Part shown: piece by piece, positions 25,770 through 39,944 of the stretch | How positions within the stretch are numbered: the first letter of the stretch is position 1 | Layout: every line of letters starts with the position of its first letter | Origin: Centroscyllium fabricii | Lineage: Eukaryota | Reading direction: 5' to 3' | Assembly (NCBI GenBank): GCA_051313645.2 | Contig: JBNRSN020000001.1 | Coordinates: 595,448,001-595,512,000, forward strand | Length of the DNA stretch: 64,000 nucleotides | The notes under the pieces: model-generated | Seen by the model: the letters and a program-made list of their open reading frames with translations, nothing else | What the model was told of the DNA's origin: nothing | Databases searched by the model: none | Program-made: the position numbers and the translations under genes

Positions 25770-27950
25770 GGAAAACAGTGATAGGATCGGACAAAGCCAA
25801 CATAGATTTACAAAAATTAAATCGTGCTTGACTAATCTACTGGAATTTTTTGAGGATCATAGAATCATAGAAGATAGGAGCAGGAGTTGGCCATTCAGCC
25901 ATTCAATGAGATCATGGCTGATCTTTAGCAAGCTAGTACCCCGTCCCCGCCTTTTCTCCGTAACCTTTAATCCCTTTAGCTTGAAGAAATATATCCAATT
26001 CCCTCTTGAATATGTTTAATGAACTGGCCATTACTGCCCTCTGTGGCAAGGAATTCCACAGGCCCACCATTCTGAGTGAAGAAATTCTTCCTCATGTCTG
26101 TCCTAAATGGTTTACCCCTTATTCTTAGACCGTGGCCCCTGGTTCTGGACTCCCCCGCCATTGGAAACATTCTCTCTGAATCTAACCTGTCCAGACCTTT
26201 CAGAATTTTATACGTCTCAATGAGATCGCCTCTCAATCTTCTAAACTCCAACGAGTACAAGCCCAGACTACATAATCTCTCCTCGTAGGTCATTCCTGCC
26301 ATTCCAGGAATCAGCCTGGTGAAACGCCGCTGCACTCCCTCCATGGCAAGAACATCCTTCCTCAGGCGAGGCGACCAGAACTGTACACAATACTCGAGGT
26401 GTGGTCTCACCAGTTCCTTGTACAGCTGTAGTAAGGTATCCTTATTCCTATACTCGAACCCTCTTGATATGAAGGCCAACACACCATTTGCCTTCCTAAC
26501 CGCCTGCTGCACCTGCGTGCTCGCCTTCAGCGACTGGTGCACAAGAACACCCAGGTCTCTTTGCACCTCCCCATCTCCCAATCTATTGCCATTTAAGTAA
26601 TAATCTACCCTCCTGTTTTTGCCCCCAAAGTGGATAACCTCACATTTATCCACATTATAGTGCATCTGCCATCTATCTGCCCAGTCCCCCAACTTATCCA
26701 AATCGCCCTGTAACTTCCTGACACCCTCTTCAGAGGATGTAACTGGAAAAATAGATAAGGGAGAACCATTGGATGTGGTGTATTTGGACTTTCAGAAGGC
26801 TTTCGATAAGGTCCTGGATAAGAGATTAGCGTGTAAAGTTAAGGCACATAGGATTGGGAGCAAGGTACTGTATTGGATAGCGAACTGGTTGGCAGACAGG
26901 AAGCAAAGAATTGGAATAAACAGACCTTTTCAGAGTGGCAGGCAGTGACTAGTGGGGTACCGCAGGGATCGGTCCTAGGACCCCAGCTATTCACAATATA
27001 TATTAATGATCTAGACGAGGAAACTAGATGTAATATCTCCAAGTTTGCAGATGACACAAAGCTGGGTGGACGGGTGTGCTGTGAGGAGGATGCCGTAAAA
27101 CTCCAGTATGATTTGGACAGGTTGGGTGATTATGCTGCATCTGCCCAATGTGGATAAATGTGAGGTTATCCACTTTGGTGACAAAAACAGAAAGGCAGAT
27201 TATCTGAACGGCAATAGATTGGGAGAAGGGTAAGTGCAACGAGATCTGGGCATCCTTGTGCACCAGTCGCTGAAGGTAAGCATGCAGGTTAAGGCGGCAA
27301 ATAGTATGTTGGCCTTCGTAGCGAGAGGGCTTGAGTACAGAAACAAGGATGTCTTGCTGCAGTTGTACAGGGCCTTGGTGAGACCACACCTCGAGTACTG
27401 TGTGCAGTTTTGGTTGCCTTATCTGAGGAAGGATGCACTTGCCATGGAAGGAGTGCAGCGAAGATTCACCAGACTGATACCTGGGATGGCAGGAATGACG
27501 TATGAGGAGAGATTGGGTCGATTGGGCTTCTACTCGCTAGAGCTTAGAAGAATGAGAGGGGATCTCATCGAAACTTATAAAATTCTAATAGGACTAGACA
27601 GACTAGATGCAGGAAGGATGTTCCCGATGGTCGGGGAGTCCAAAACTAGGGGCCACAGTCTAAGGATAAGGGTTAAGCCATTTAGGACAGCGATGAGGAG
27701 GAATTTCTCCACCCAGAGAGTGGTGAACCTGTGGAATTCTCTACCACAGAAGGCAGTGGAGGCTAGTTCATTAAATATATTCAAGGAGGAGTTAGATATA
27801 TTTCTTAAGGCTAAAGGGATCAAGGGATATGGGGAAAAGACAGGGATAGGGTACTGAATTTGGATGATCAGCCATGATCTCATTGAATGGCAGGGCAGGC
27901 TCGAGGGGCCGAATGGCCTACTCCTGTTCCTATCTTCTATGTTTCTATGT
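25770..27950 (+). mobile_element. CR1 LINE fragment (RT to tail), host of the previous insertion
   Basis: SCLTNLLEFFED|VTGKID continuity across the insertion; tail tcttctatgtttctatg. Confidence 0.88.
25858..26732 (-). mobile_element. Young CR1 3' fragment inserted into a plus-strand CR1; TSD GAGGAT
   Basis: GAGGAT at 25852-25857 and 26733-26738; near-identical to 4306-4997. Confidence 0.92.
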
Positions 27951-28165
27951 CATGGCTCAGTGGGCATCACGCTCGCCTCAGAGTCAGAAGGTTGTGGATT
28001 CAAGTCCCACTCCAGGGCTGACACTCCAGTGTGCACTGTCAGAGGTGTTGTCTTTTGGATGAGAAGTTAAACTGAGGCCCCTTTTGTCCTCTCAGGTGGA
28101 CGTATTGGAAGAGCAGGGACGTATCCCCGGTGTCCTGACCAATATTTATCCCTCAATCAATATCT
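27951..28165 (+). mobile_element. tRNA-derived DeuSINE (SacSINE1-like), truncated
   Basis: A box tggctcagtgg, B box ggattcaagtcc, Deu-like core gatgagaagttaaactgaggcccc...ctcaggtgga. Confidence 0.7.
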
Positions 28166-29188
28166 CTTGCAGAGGAAGAGACTTGGAGAGGTCAGGTGAG
28201 AAACTCATTTCAGTGCATCTCACCTCTGCCCTGTAGCTAGAGTGTTGATATAGCTAATCCAGTTAAGATTTTGGACAATGTTGATGGTGGGAGACACTGC
28301 AATGGTGGTCCTGTTGAAGGTCGGAGCAGGGGGAGTGATTGAGCCTTTTCCTGTCGGAGATGGTCATTGCCCAGCATTTATCCAGCGTGAATGTTACCTG
28401 CCATTTGTCAATCTAAGCCCGAATGCTGTGTGTGTTCTGCTGTAGTTTGTCATGGGCTGTATCACTACAGGAAGAGTTATGAATGGTCACTGAACACAGA
28501 GTCAGCATACTGCTGATCGTATAACAGAGGTAAGGTTATGAAGGTAATGAAGCAGCTGAAGATCGTTGGGCTGATCTCATATCACTAATAAAAAGCCTGA
28601 AATTCAATGCAATATAAAGAAATGTAACCTATTCAATCTCCTCAGTCACAGGTAGTTATTGAGTGATGGTTTTCAGCTGTATGTTGTCTTTTGTGTGGTC
28701 AGCATTTTTAGAGCAGTCAGCGTTTCAGAGTTTTGTAGGTTGGCACTTGTTGGAAAGATACCCCTCATAAAAAGGAAGTATTTCGTAGAAAGACAACTTC
28801 TAGCACATATATCAATATCTACACATTGATTAGCATTTGCAACAGAACACTGAAGCAACTGAAGAACAGTCATAAACAATGAATGGGGATCTGTCAACTT
28901 CAGCCTTTTAAGCGATTAAGTGAGTGCTGTGGTAATCGTGTAAATACCACTGTAAATAGTTGATGGCACCTTGGTATTGTATTGTAGGCCAGGTCAGCCA
29001 CACCCCTAACTCCTCCCCTCAGGTCGGAGCATATAGGTGAGGGCTGCCCTGCTCCCGCTCATTCTTCATCTTGACCTCATCAGGAGACCAGCTCCATTGT
29101 TAGTTAATAAAAGCCTGTAGTTTAGGTAACTACTCGTCTTTGCATTTTAATTGACGATACGTCAATTTTATTAACTAAATTTTAAAAC

Positions 29189-32100
29189 ATGGAGAGTAAC
29201 GCAGTGAAACTGGATCGCCTCGACATAAATCCTCAGGCACCCGATGCTGCTAACGACTTCGAACACTGGTTTGGCCTGGTCGAGGCCTACATGAAGGCCA
29301 TAAAGGCTACGAGTGATGAGGACAAACTCCAGGTACTCTCATCACGGATCAGCGGCCGGGTGTACTCTTTTATCCGCAGCCTCAACACTTACGAGGAAGC
29401 GGCCAAGAAATTAAAGGACTGCTGCATGCGGCCGGCCCACTCGGTCTATGCCAGGCATGTTCTGGCGACCAGAAGACAACGACTCGGTGAGTCAAATGAA
29501 CAGTTTCTACTAGCGCTCCAAGCCCTCGCACGGGCCTGCGACTGCCATGCAAGGACAGCGGAGGAAGAGGCGAACCTCCTAATCAGAGATGCCTATGTGG
29601 CTGGACGCAGGTCCAGCCAGGCCCGCCAGCGGCTGCTGGAGCAGGACACACTGTCGCTTGAGTCCGCGATAACGCTTTCTAATGCGGTGGACGGAGCGCT
29701 TCGAAAGCTGGAGGCGGACGGAGATCACGGCTCCCACTGTACCCCTGACCCCTGGGCGACACAGCGACAGGCCGAGACCCCCATGATGGCAGCGGCAACT
29801 GCGAAGACACTGGCGGGGCACAGATGCTATTTCTGCGGCCAAGGAAAGCACCCGCGGGCGCACTGCCCTGCGAAGAATGCGACCTGCGCGTGGTGCGCGA
29901 AGAAGGGGCACTACGCGAAGGTGTGCAAATCCAGCCCAGCCTCCACCTCCAGACCCAACAGCGCGGCCTGCGAGAACAGCGATGCCACTCCCATCGCTCC
30001 AGGTACGGTGTTGCAGCGTGACCCAGCAGCGGTCAGCCGGGGGTAAATCGCGGGCGCCTCAAGCCCCTTTAATTGTACGGCGGAGGACGCCCGCGCGCGC
30101 GGCACAGGCGCTGCCACAATAAACGCGACCGCGACCGGCCATGTGCGACCCCCCGGCACCGCCATCTTGTCCACCGCGGTTGGCCGCGTGCGAACCACGG
30201 GCGCCGCCATCTTATCCACTGCGGTCGGCCATGTGCGACCCCCAGGCGCCGCCATCTTGTCCACCGCGGTCGGCTGCGTGCGAACCACGGGCACCGCCAC
30301 CTTATCCACAGCGGTCGGCCATGTGCGACCCCCCAGCGCCGCCATCTTGTCCGCCGCAGTCGGCTGTGTGCGAACCACGGGCGCCGCCATCTTATCCACA
30401 GCGGTCGGCCGCGTGCGAACCACGGGTGCCGCCATCTTATCCACAGTGGTCGGCCGCGTGCGAACCACGGGCGCTGCCATCTTGTCCACAGCAGCCGGAC
30501 ACGTGCGAATCGCCAGCGTCGCCATCTTCTGAGCGGCCATCTTGCCAACTGCCCCAGCCGGGGCCCCAGATAACGGAGGGCCCCCACTCACACTTCGGCC
30601 TCAGCCACCGTCGATCAGGCTAGGTCGCACACCTTGTCCAACTCCATGATGGGGATTAAGGTGGACGGGCACGCCACTAGCTGCCTGTTCGACACCGGTA
30701 GCACAGAGAGCTTCATACATCCCGACACAGTGCGGCGCTACGCACTGCAGACCCAGCCCACGCACTACCAAGTCTCCCTTGCCTCAAAGTCTCACACGGC
30801 GGACGTCACTGGCTACTGCAGCGTCACGCTCACGATCAGCGACCGCATTTACCGCAACTTTAAGTTGTACGTACTCCAGCAGCTGTGCGCCCCAGTCTTA
30901 CTGGGACTGGATTTCCAGTGTCAGCTGAAGAGCGTGACGATGGATTTCAGTGGAACCCTGGCCCCCCTCACCGTCAGTAGCCGGGACAATCGCAACTTAA
31001 CGCGGAGCTCAACTTGTGGCCTGTCCACATAAAAAGTCGACCCCCCCCTCACTGTTCGCCAATCTCGACCCTAAATGCAAGCCCATTGCTACCAAAAGTC
31101 GGCGTTACAGTGCAGGGGACCGGGCGTTCATCAGGTCGGAGGTCGAGCGCATGCTGAAAGAAGGGATCATTGAGGCCAGCACCAGCCCCTGATGGGCCCA
31201 GGTCGTAGTGGTTAAGACGGGTGAGAAACTGCGCATGGTCATCGACTATAGCCAGACGATTAACCGCTCCACCGGGCTCGATGCCTACCCCCTCCCCAGC
31301 ATCTCGGATATGGTAAACCAGATCGCCCAGTACAAGGTCTTTTCCACAATCGACCTCAAGTCGGCGTATCACCAACTCCCCATCCGGAAATCCGACCGCC
31401 AGTACACCGCCTTCGAGGCGAACGTCCGGCTCTACCACTTCCTCCGGGTCCCCTTCAGTGTGACCAACAGGGTGTCGGTGTTCTAGAGGGAGATGGACCA
31501 CATGGTTGACCAGAACGGGTTGCAGGCCACCTTCCCCATCTTGGACAACGTGACCATCTGCAGCCAGGACCAGCAGGACCACGATGCCAACCTCGCCAAA
31601 TTCCTGCACACGGCGAAACGGCTGGACCTAACGTACAATAAAGAGAAGTGTGTGTTTAGTACGGATCGGCTCGCTATCCTCGGATACGTGGTGGAAAACG
31701 GGGTCCTCGGCCCCGACCCACAGCGTATGCGCCCCTTGCAAGAGCTGCCTTTACCTCACAACCCCAAAGCCCTGAGGAGATGACTAGGGTTCTTTTCTTA
31801 TTATGCGCAATGGGTCCCCCAGTACGCGGATAAGGCCAGACCTCTCCTCAAGGCCGACGTCTTCCCCCTCTCGGAAGAAGCCCAAACAGCATTCGCTCGG
31901 ATCAAGGAAGACATCATCAAGGCGACCATGCACGCCGTTGATGAGTCCATTCCCTTCCAGGTGGAGAGTGACGCTTCGGACTTTGCCCTTGCCACCACCC
32001 TGAACCAAGCAGGCAGGCCCGTAACGTTTTTCTCCCGGACCAGACAGGGACCCGAAACTCGCCACTCAGCGGTGGAAAAGGAGGCCCAGGCCATTGTGGA

Positions 32101-33442
32101 GGCAGTGCGCTACTGGCGTCAGTACCTGGCCGATAAGCGTTTTACCCTGCTCACTGACCAACGGTCGGTGGCGTTTATGTTTAATAATAAACAACGGGGT
32201 AAGATCAAGAATGATAAGATCCTTCGGTGGCGGATCGAACTCTCGACTTACGAGTACGACATTCTTTACCGCCCAGGCAAGCTCAACGAACCCCCGGACG
32301 CACTGTTCAGGGGAACGTGCACCAGCGCCCAGCTTGACCGGCTGAAGGCCCTCCACGATCGCCTCTGCCACCCGGGTGTCACCAGACTCGCCCACTTCGT
32401 CAAATCCCGTAGCCTCCCCATCTCCATCACGGAGATAAAGGCTATGACCAAAGAGTGCCCTGTCTGTGCCGAGTGCAAACCCCAATTCTACAGGCCAGAC
32501 ACGGCGCACGTCATCAAGGCCACCCGCCCCTTTGAACGCCTGAGCGTGGACTTCAAAGGCCCCCTCCCCTCCACTGACCGCAACTCGTATTTCCTTACGG
32601 TCATAGACGAGTTCTCACGCTTCCCCTTTGCCTTCCCCTGCCCAGACATGACGAGCGCAACGGTGATCAAACACTTCACCACGCTGTTCGCCATTTTCGG
32701 TCTCCCCAGCTACATCCATAGCGACCGGGGATCGTCGTTCATGAGCGACGAACTGCGTCAGTTCCTGCTTCAGAAAGGGGTTGCCTCAAGCAGAACGACC
32801 AGTTACAACCCCCGGGGGAACGGCCAGGTAGAAAGGGAGAACGGGACCATCTGGAAGGCGGTCAACCTGGGCCTGAAGTCCAGAAGCCTTCCAGTTTCCT
32901 GTTGGCAGGAGGTCCTCCCAGACGTGCTCCATGCCATCCGCTCTCTGTTGTGTGCCGCCACTAACTCAACACCTCATGACCTGTTGTTTTCCTTTCCCAG
33001 GAAGTCGACTTCGGGGACAGCACTCCCGCTGTGGCTCACAGCGCAGGGGCCAGTATTGCTTAGAAAGCACATCCGCAGCCACAAGACCGACCCCCTGGTG
33101 GAACGGGTGCACCTGCTCCACGCCAACCCGCAATATGCTTACGTGGCATTCCCGGACGGGCGCGAGGATACAGTCTCGATCAGGGACCTGGAGCCCGCTG
33201 GGAGCACTAGGGCAGAACCCCCGGTCGAGCCTCAGCCCGACCAGCCACCACCCACCGAATACTGGCCCCCATATATACACACACCGGGGCCCTCAACACC
33301 ACCGATCGATGACCCGGGATCGGACACCGCACCGCTGGCAAAGAGCTCGATCCCGGCCCTGCAACCGGCACCACCATTGCCGGCACCCCGGCGGTCCCCC
33401 AGGCAGACGCGACCGCCAGAGAGGCTAATAACGCAATGCTAA
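29189..33442 (+). pseudogene. gag-pol of Gypsy C, several nonsense mutations
   Basis: LFDTGS, IDLKSAYHQ, ILDN, ESDAS, HDRLCH..CPVC, DFKGP and SDRG motifs. Stops near 31030, 31190, 31484 and 31781. Confidence 0.9.
30134..30545 (+). repeat. 45-bp tandem array (about 9 units, partly alternating as a 90-bp unit) between gag and protease of Gypsy C
   Basis: GCCATCTT recurs at 30161, 30206, 30251, (30296), 30341, 30386, 30431, 30476 and 30521. Confidence 0.92.
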
Positions 33443-35547
33443 TTGTTAATGGACATAGAGATTTTTTTTCACCAGAAGGCACGTTCACCCCACCGGACTT
33501 GTTTTTAAAGAAGGGGTGAATATGGTAATTGTGTAAATACCACTGTAAATAGTTGATGGCACCTTGGTATTGTATTGTAGGCCAGGTCAGCCACACCCTT
33601 AACTCCTCCCCTCAGGTCGGAGCATATAGGTGAGTGCTGCCCTGCCCCTGCTCATTCTTCGCCTTGAACTCATCAGGAGACCAGCTCCATTGTTAGTTAA
33701 TAAAAGCCTATAGTTTAGGTAACTACTCGTCTTTGCGTTTTAATTGACGATACGTCAAGTGCACTCTGTGTCTTCTAACATTATATTCTCGTTACTTCTG
33801 GCATCCAGGAAATGGTTTACTCTAATATTTCCCGAATTTATAACTAAAATTAAATCATCTGGAAGGCAAACCATCTTTGAAATTGATCATTTAGATGCAG
33901 CACAAGTTAAATGGAAATGTATCAAGTGAACTATAAAAACAGTTTAGATACCATCCAAAGATTAATTTTTTCAGCCTTTGAGGCAGAGTGGTAGATTGAC
34001 CACTTCCTGCTAGTGCTGTACTCTATCTGAATGGGCTTGGAGGATTCGAGAGATGTAATCTTATGGGAGAAAACTGGTTCTATCAGCTTATCACAGCTAA
34101 GTACTGGTTATGAATTTGGCAAGATCTACAACCCATTGCCAACAGCCCACCCTTGTTATAAGCACTCATTCATTGCACTATTGCTGTTGCAGTAATTTGG
34201 GGTCTTGGCTTATGACCTTTCCAAGTTCATAGCTCTCAAATACTGTTCAATCAAGCATTATGCTAGAGTATGGATACACAGCAATAATGGTGCAGTTTTG
34301 CTAAATAAATTCATACCGTTTCATAACTAATTTTAATTCTATTAATTTGCATAACCATCTGCAGCCTAGTGCTCCTGAGGAATGCTCAGGTGCACTGAGT
34401 GGTGTCTGAGCTAGACTGACAGTGAAGTTGTCCCTGTGCAGATAGAGTTTTATAGCATTCCTTCTCTGATATCGTACAGCCCATTTAGGTTTGATGCTTG
34501 GTTATCAGACAATCACTGGTACATAAAAGTGCTTGACTACCAAGGATCATAAAATTATGACCCGACAGATTTCCAGAACTTGCAGTTCTTAATGGATGGG
34601 CAGAGATATTCTTCATATTTTATCGTTCCTAATTTTGCATGGGGTCTGTACCTTCCACACTTGTCCCCTGGTACATGCTGCATTTTCCTCCTGTGAGGGA
34701 ATGAATCTCCCTCTAACTGCTCCACCACTGAAGCCCCTAGCTAATTTTCCATTGCAATATTTGACTGTGGATGTAAATGAACAAAACTGAGAATTTCGTT
34801 TAAGATTTGCAAAAGCAGTGCAATTTGGGAACTGCGTGCTATTTTTACACTGCTAAGTACAGCAAACCTGTTATTTCACATGTATGCAAGTTCTTCACAT
34901 CCACTTGGTTTAGTTAAAATGAGCCATATGTTATAAATACAGCCTCGAATTTGCGCTTTTTTCCCCCAACTAAAGCAATTGTAGAACAGCTTACTCTTGC
35001 CCATTATACCGATGGAAATTATTTTGGGTGGGGAAAGAGATGGTTTCAATTAAGCTTTACTGAACTTAATGGTGAACATTGGGATACAATAGTTTGCATG
35101 CCAACAATTTAGCAGAGTTTTACCCCAGCACGATGAGATCATTTATTTATTTATACCATTACCCATGTCCTTGTGTTTTCTCTACCTGTAGTGAACATAC
35201 ACCAGACCGTTTCACTGAAACGTTGACTTGTCTTTTCTCTTTACAGGTTCTAATTGTCTTGCTCAGTATTTAATACATTTGTTGCTTTTGTTCCAGACCT
35301 CTAGCATTTGCAGTAATTTAATTTATTTATGATCCATGAGACAGACCCTTAAACATATCTCCTGTGTTGATGTCGCAGGATCTTATTCTTGTAGTACCTT
35401 CTCATGCTCCACTTTACCTCAAGTGTTGTTCTGTACCTTCTTCCAACTCTGGATTTAAGACCAACCGTCCACATTGACATAAGAACACAAGAATTAGGAG
35501 CAGACCAGTCCATACAGCCCCTCGAGCTGCTCCGCCATTCAATAAGA

Positions 35548-37064
35548 TCATAGAAACATAGAAGATAGGAGCAGGAGTAGGCCATTTGGCCCCTCGAGCC
35601 TGCTCTGCCAATTCGATGAGATCATGGCTGATCATCCAAACTCAGTACCCTGTCCCTGCCTTCTCCCCGTATCCTTTGATACCTTCAGTTCTAAGAAATA
35701 TATCTAACTCCTTCTTGAATATATTTAATGACTTGGCCTCAACTACATTCTGTGGTAGAGAATTCCACAGGTTCACCACTCTCTGCGTGAAGAAATTCCT
35801 CCTCATCTCTGTCCTAAATGGCTTACCCCTTATCCTTAGACTGTGACCCCTGGTTCTGGACTCCCCTGCCATCAGGAACATTCTTCCTGCATCTAGTTTG
35901 TCCAAACCTGTCAGAATTTTATAAGTTTCTATGAGATCCCCTCTCATTCTTCTAAACTCCAGCAAGTATAAGCAAAATCGACCCAATCTCTCCTCATACG
36001 TCATTCCTGCCATCCCAGGTATCAACCTGGTGAATATTCGCTGAACTCCTTCCATGGCAAGAATGAGGCGACCAAAACTACACACAATACTCAAGGTGTG
36101 GTCTCACCAAGGCCCTGTATAACTGCAGCAAAACATCCTTGTTCCTGTACTCAAACCTTCTCGCTATGAAGGCCAACATACCATATGCCTTCTTCACCGC
36201 CTGCTGCACCTGTATGCTTACCTTCAACGACTGATGCACAAGAACACCCAGGTCTCGTTGCACTTCCCCGTCTCCCAATCTATTTCCATTCAGATAATAG
36301 TCTGCCTTTCTGTTTTTGACACCAAAGTGGATAACCTCGCATTTATCCACATTATATTGCATCTGCCACGCTTCTGCTCGATCACCCAACCTGTCCAAAT
36401 CATCCTGGAGTTTCTCGGTATCCTCCTCGCAGCACACACGCCCACCCAGCTTTGTGTCGTCTGCAAACTTGGAGCTATTACATCTAGTTCCCTTATCTAG
36501 ATTATTAATGTATATTGTGAATAGCTGGGGTCCAAGGACCGATCCCTGCGGCATCCCACTAGTCACTGCCTGCCACTCGGAAAAAGATCCGTTAATTCCT
36601 ACTCCCTGCTTTCTGTCCGCCAACCAGTTCTCTATCCAAGTCAATACCTTGCCTCCAATCCCATGTGCCTTAACTTTACACGCTAATCTCTTATGCGGGA
36701 CCTTATCGAAAGCCTTTTGAAAGTCCAAATACACCACATCTATTGGTTCTCCCTTATCTATTTTACCAGTTACATCCTCAAAAAACTCCAGATTAGTCAA
36801 GCACGATTTACCTTTTGTAAATCCATGTTGACTTTGTCCGATCCTGTCACTGTTTTCCAAGTGCTCAGCTAGTACATCCTTTGTAATGGACTCTAGCATT
36901 TTCCCCACTACCGATGCCAGGCTGTAATTCCCTGCTTTCTCGCTACCACCCTTTTTGATAGTGAGGTAACATTAGCTACCCTCCAATCCATGGGTATAGT
37001 TCCAGATTCCAGCAAATGTTGAAAGATGATCAGTAATGCATCTACTATTTCTAGGGCCACTTCC
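35548..37064 (-). mobile_element. CR1 LINE fragment (RT to tail)
   Basis: ORFs 36078..36908 and 35642..36094 carry CR1 RT motifs. Confidence 0.9.
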
Positions 37065-39944
37065 TAGTCATGGTTGATCTTCGACCTCAAATCCACTTTC
37101 CTGCCCGATCCCCATATCCCTCGATTCCTTTCGAGTACACTCTGCCATCCCCTGCAGAATGGAGGACAGATAGATTTCTAAGCTCATTAACGACTGTTAC
37201 TACCAAGGTGGTCAATTCACCATTCTTCTCATCGTTTTAGTGATATGAAAATCTGAAAGATACCCCAAGATACATATCTCTGGCTTTATGGAGATCATTA
37301 ATTCCAAGACCTATGACAGACACCTCAATGCATCTTGCTAAAATGGTGACATATTTTGCCTACCACAGGTTGAAGAGCTACCTAAATCTCCAGCATTATA
37401 GTACCTGTATTGGTATGTCCCACTTGAAAACAAACTCTAAAGGTATGAGGTATCCATTACAATAGTTTTAATTAATCTAAATCCGACACTCCTGAAGGCA
37501 CAGTATGTACTGAGCTAATTTATCTGCTATCCAGATCTCGCAGTTAATCCTGCCTTTTGGCAACTACTCCATTCTTCTGGGGCTTCATGAAGATTAGTCA
37601 CAATGTATAGATACAGATAAAATCATTGAAATTATAGCACAAAAAGGGGCCATTAAGCCCACAGAACCTGTCCAGAATGTTAAATGGCTATCTACCCATA
37701 TCCTATTTCCTTTCCGGTTCTCAATATCCTTCTGTGTTCTTCCTTTTCAAATACTTATCCAATTCCATTTTAAATATTGTAATCCCTGCCTCAATATCCA
37801 TTTGTAGGAAGACATTTATATTATAATCATAGAATCATTGAATGATACAGCACAGAACAAGGTCAGTTGGCCCATCATGCATATACTGGCTCTTTGGTAG
37901 AGCTATCCTGCTAGTCCCACTCCCCTGCTCTTTCCCCATAGTCCTGTATTTTTTTCCCTCCAAGTATTTATGCAATTCCCTTCTGAAAGTTACTATTGAG
38001 TCTGCTTCCACCACCCTTTCAGGCATTGCATTCCAGATCACAATAATTCGCTGTGTTTCCTTGTGTCACCTCTTGTTATTTTGCCAATCACCTTAAATCT
38101 GTGTCCTGTGGTTACTGCCCCTTCTGCCACTGGAAACAGTTTCTCCTTATTTATTTTTTATCAAAAGTACCAGGACCAGTGTCCTGGTGAATCGAATAAC
38201 TAGGGCGGTGGGCTTTAAACTGATGAAGGGGGCGGGGGGTTGCTGGTGATAGGATTCAGGAAAGGATAAATTCAAAAGCAGCAAGAGAAATGGCAAGGGT
38301 GTAGAGCAGAGTGGCGATTGGAGTAAAAGTAAGCAGAATGGGCCAGGACAGGACAGAGCTTAACAAAGGTAATAGGGCATTAGAAGATAAGGTGACGTCG
38401 GGAGAAAAACAGAAAAAAGTTAAAGCTAAAGGCATTATATCTGAATGCACAAAGCATTCGCAACAAAATAGATGAATAGCATAGACAGAAATAAATATGT
38501 TTGATCTAATAGCCATTACGGAGGCCTGGTTGCAAAGCGACCAAGATTGGGAACTAAATGTTCCAGGATACTTGACTTTTAGAAGAGATAGGCAAAATAG
38601 AAAAGGGGTGAGGGTAGCCCTGATAATAAAGGATGGGATAAAAACAGTAGAGATAAAGGATCTTAGCTCGGAAAATCAAGATTTTCCTTCACTCAATCAC
38701 TTTGGGTGGAGCGAAGAAACAACAAAGGGCAGAAAACACTGGTGGGAGCAGTTTATAGGCCCCTTAACAGTAGTTGTAGTGTCGGGCAGAGTACACATCA
38801 GGAAATTAGAGATGCTGCAACAAGGGTAATACAGTAATCATGGGGGACTTTCATCTTCACATAGACTGGGCAAACCAAATTTGCAGTAATAGTGTGGAGG
38901 ACGAATTCATGGAATGCATTCAAGATAGTTTTCTAGATCAGTATGTTAAGAAAACAACTAGGGAACAGGATATTTTAGATCCAATACCATGCAATGAGAC
39001 AGGGTTTAATAACCTTGTAGTAAAGGAACCTCTGGGGAAGAGTGATCATATAGAATTTTATATTGAGTGTGAGAGTTATTTATCTGAAACTAGGTTCTTA
39101 AATCTGAACAAAACAAACAACATGAGTATGAGGGGTGAGTTGGCCAAGGTAGATTGGGAAAGCAATGGCAAATATTTAAATAATTAATTCATAATTTGCA
39201 ACAAATATATATCCCCCAAGCAATAAAAACCCCATGGGATTAGCAGTCCAACCATTGCTAACAAAAGAAGTTAAAGATAGTATCAGATTAAAGAAGAGGC
39301 TTATAATGTTGCCAAAGATAGTACGCCTGAGGATTGGAAGGATTATAGAATTCAGCATGACCAAGGAATTGATAAAGAAAGAGAATGAGAGAGTAAATTA
39401 GCAAGAAACATAAAAACAGATGTGTATAAAGGAAGAGATTAGCACAAGTAAACGTGTGTCCCTTAGAGTCACAGTCAGGAGAAATTATAATGGAGAATAA
39501 GGAAATGGCAAAGACATTAAACGAATACTTTGCATCTGTCTTCATGGTAGAAGACACAAATAACATTTCAGAAATAGAACTTAATGAAATTAATATTAGT
39601 AAAGAAATAGTACTGGAGAAATGAATGGGACTAAAAGTCGACAAATCCCCATGACACCTAATGGCCTACATCCTAGGATATTAAAAGAGGTAGCTACAGA
39701 GATAGTGGATGCATTGGTTTTGATCTTTCAGAATTCCCTAGATTCCAGAACAGTCCCCATGGATTAGAAGGTAGCAAACATAACCCCGCTATTCAAGAAA
39801 GGAGGGAGAGAGAAAATAGGGAGCTATAGACCAGTTAGCCGGATATCAGCGGTACATAAAATGCTAGAATCTATTAGGGATGCGGTAACAGGGCACTTAG
39901 AAAATCATAATGCGATTGGGCAAAGACAACACTGATTTATGAAA

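Larger units (their letters stand above)
28928..33757 (+). mobile_element. Gypsy LTR retrotransposon C, full length (about 4.83 kb), related to element A; 5' LTR 28928-29164, 3' LTR 33521-33757; TSD AGTGC
   Basis: 237-bp direct repeats; AGTGC on both flanks; PPT aaagaaggggtgaa. Gag at 29189 with two CCHC knuckles; pol with in-frame stops. Confidence 0.96.

Noticed and set aside
30134-30545. Repeat-spacer-like periodicity suggesting a CRISPR array
   Set aside because: The intervening segments are themselves two recurring variants; this is a coding minisatellite inside a Gypsy element.
14501-33522. APOBEC-like G-to-A hypermutation (TG to TA at the 3' LTR starts of B and C; PBS TGG to TAG)
   Set aside because: Too few sites, and other lesions include C-to-T and CpG changes on both strands, consistent with ordinary decay.
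38214-38430. Use of this CR1 copy to test the ORF2 frame
   Set aside because: The heptamer is present, but the copy has too many indels and stops for its frame to be informative.
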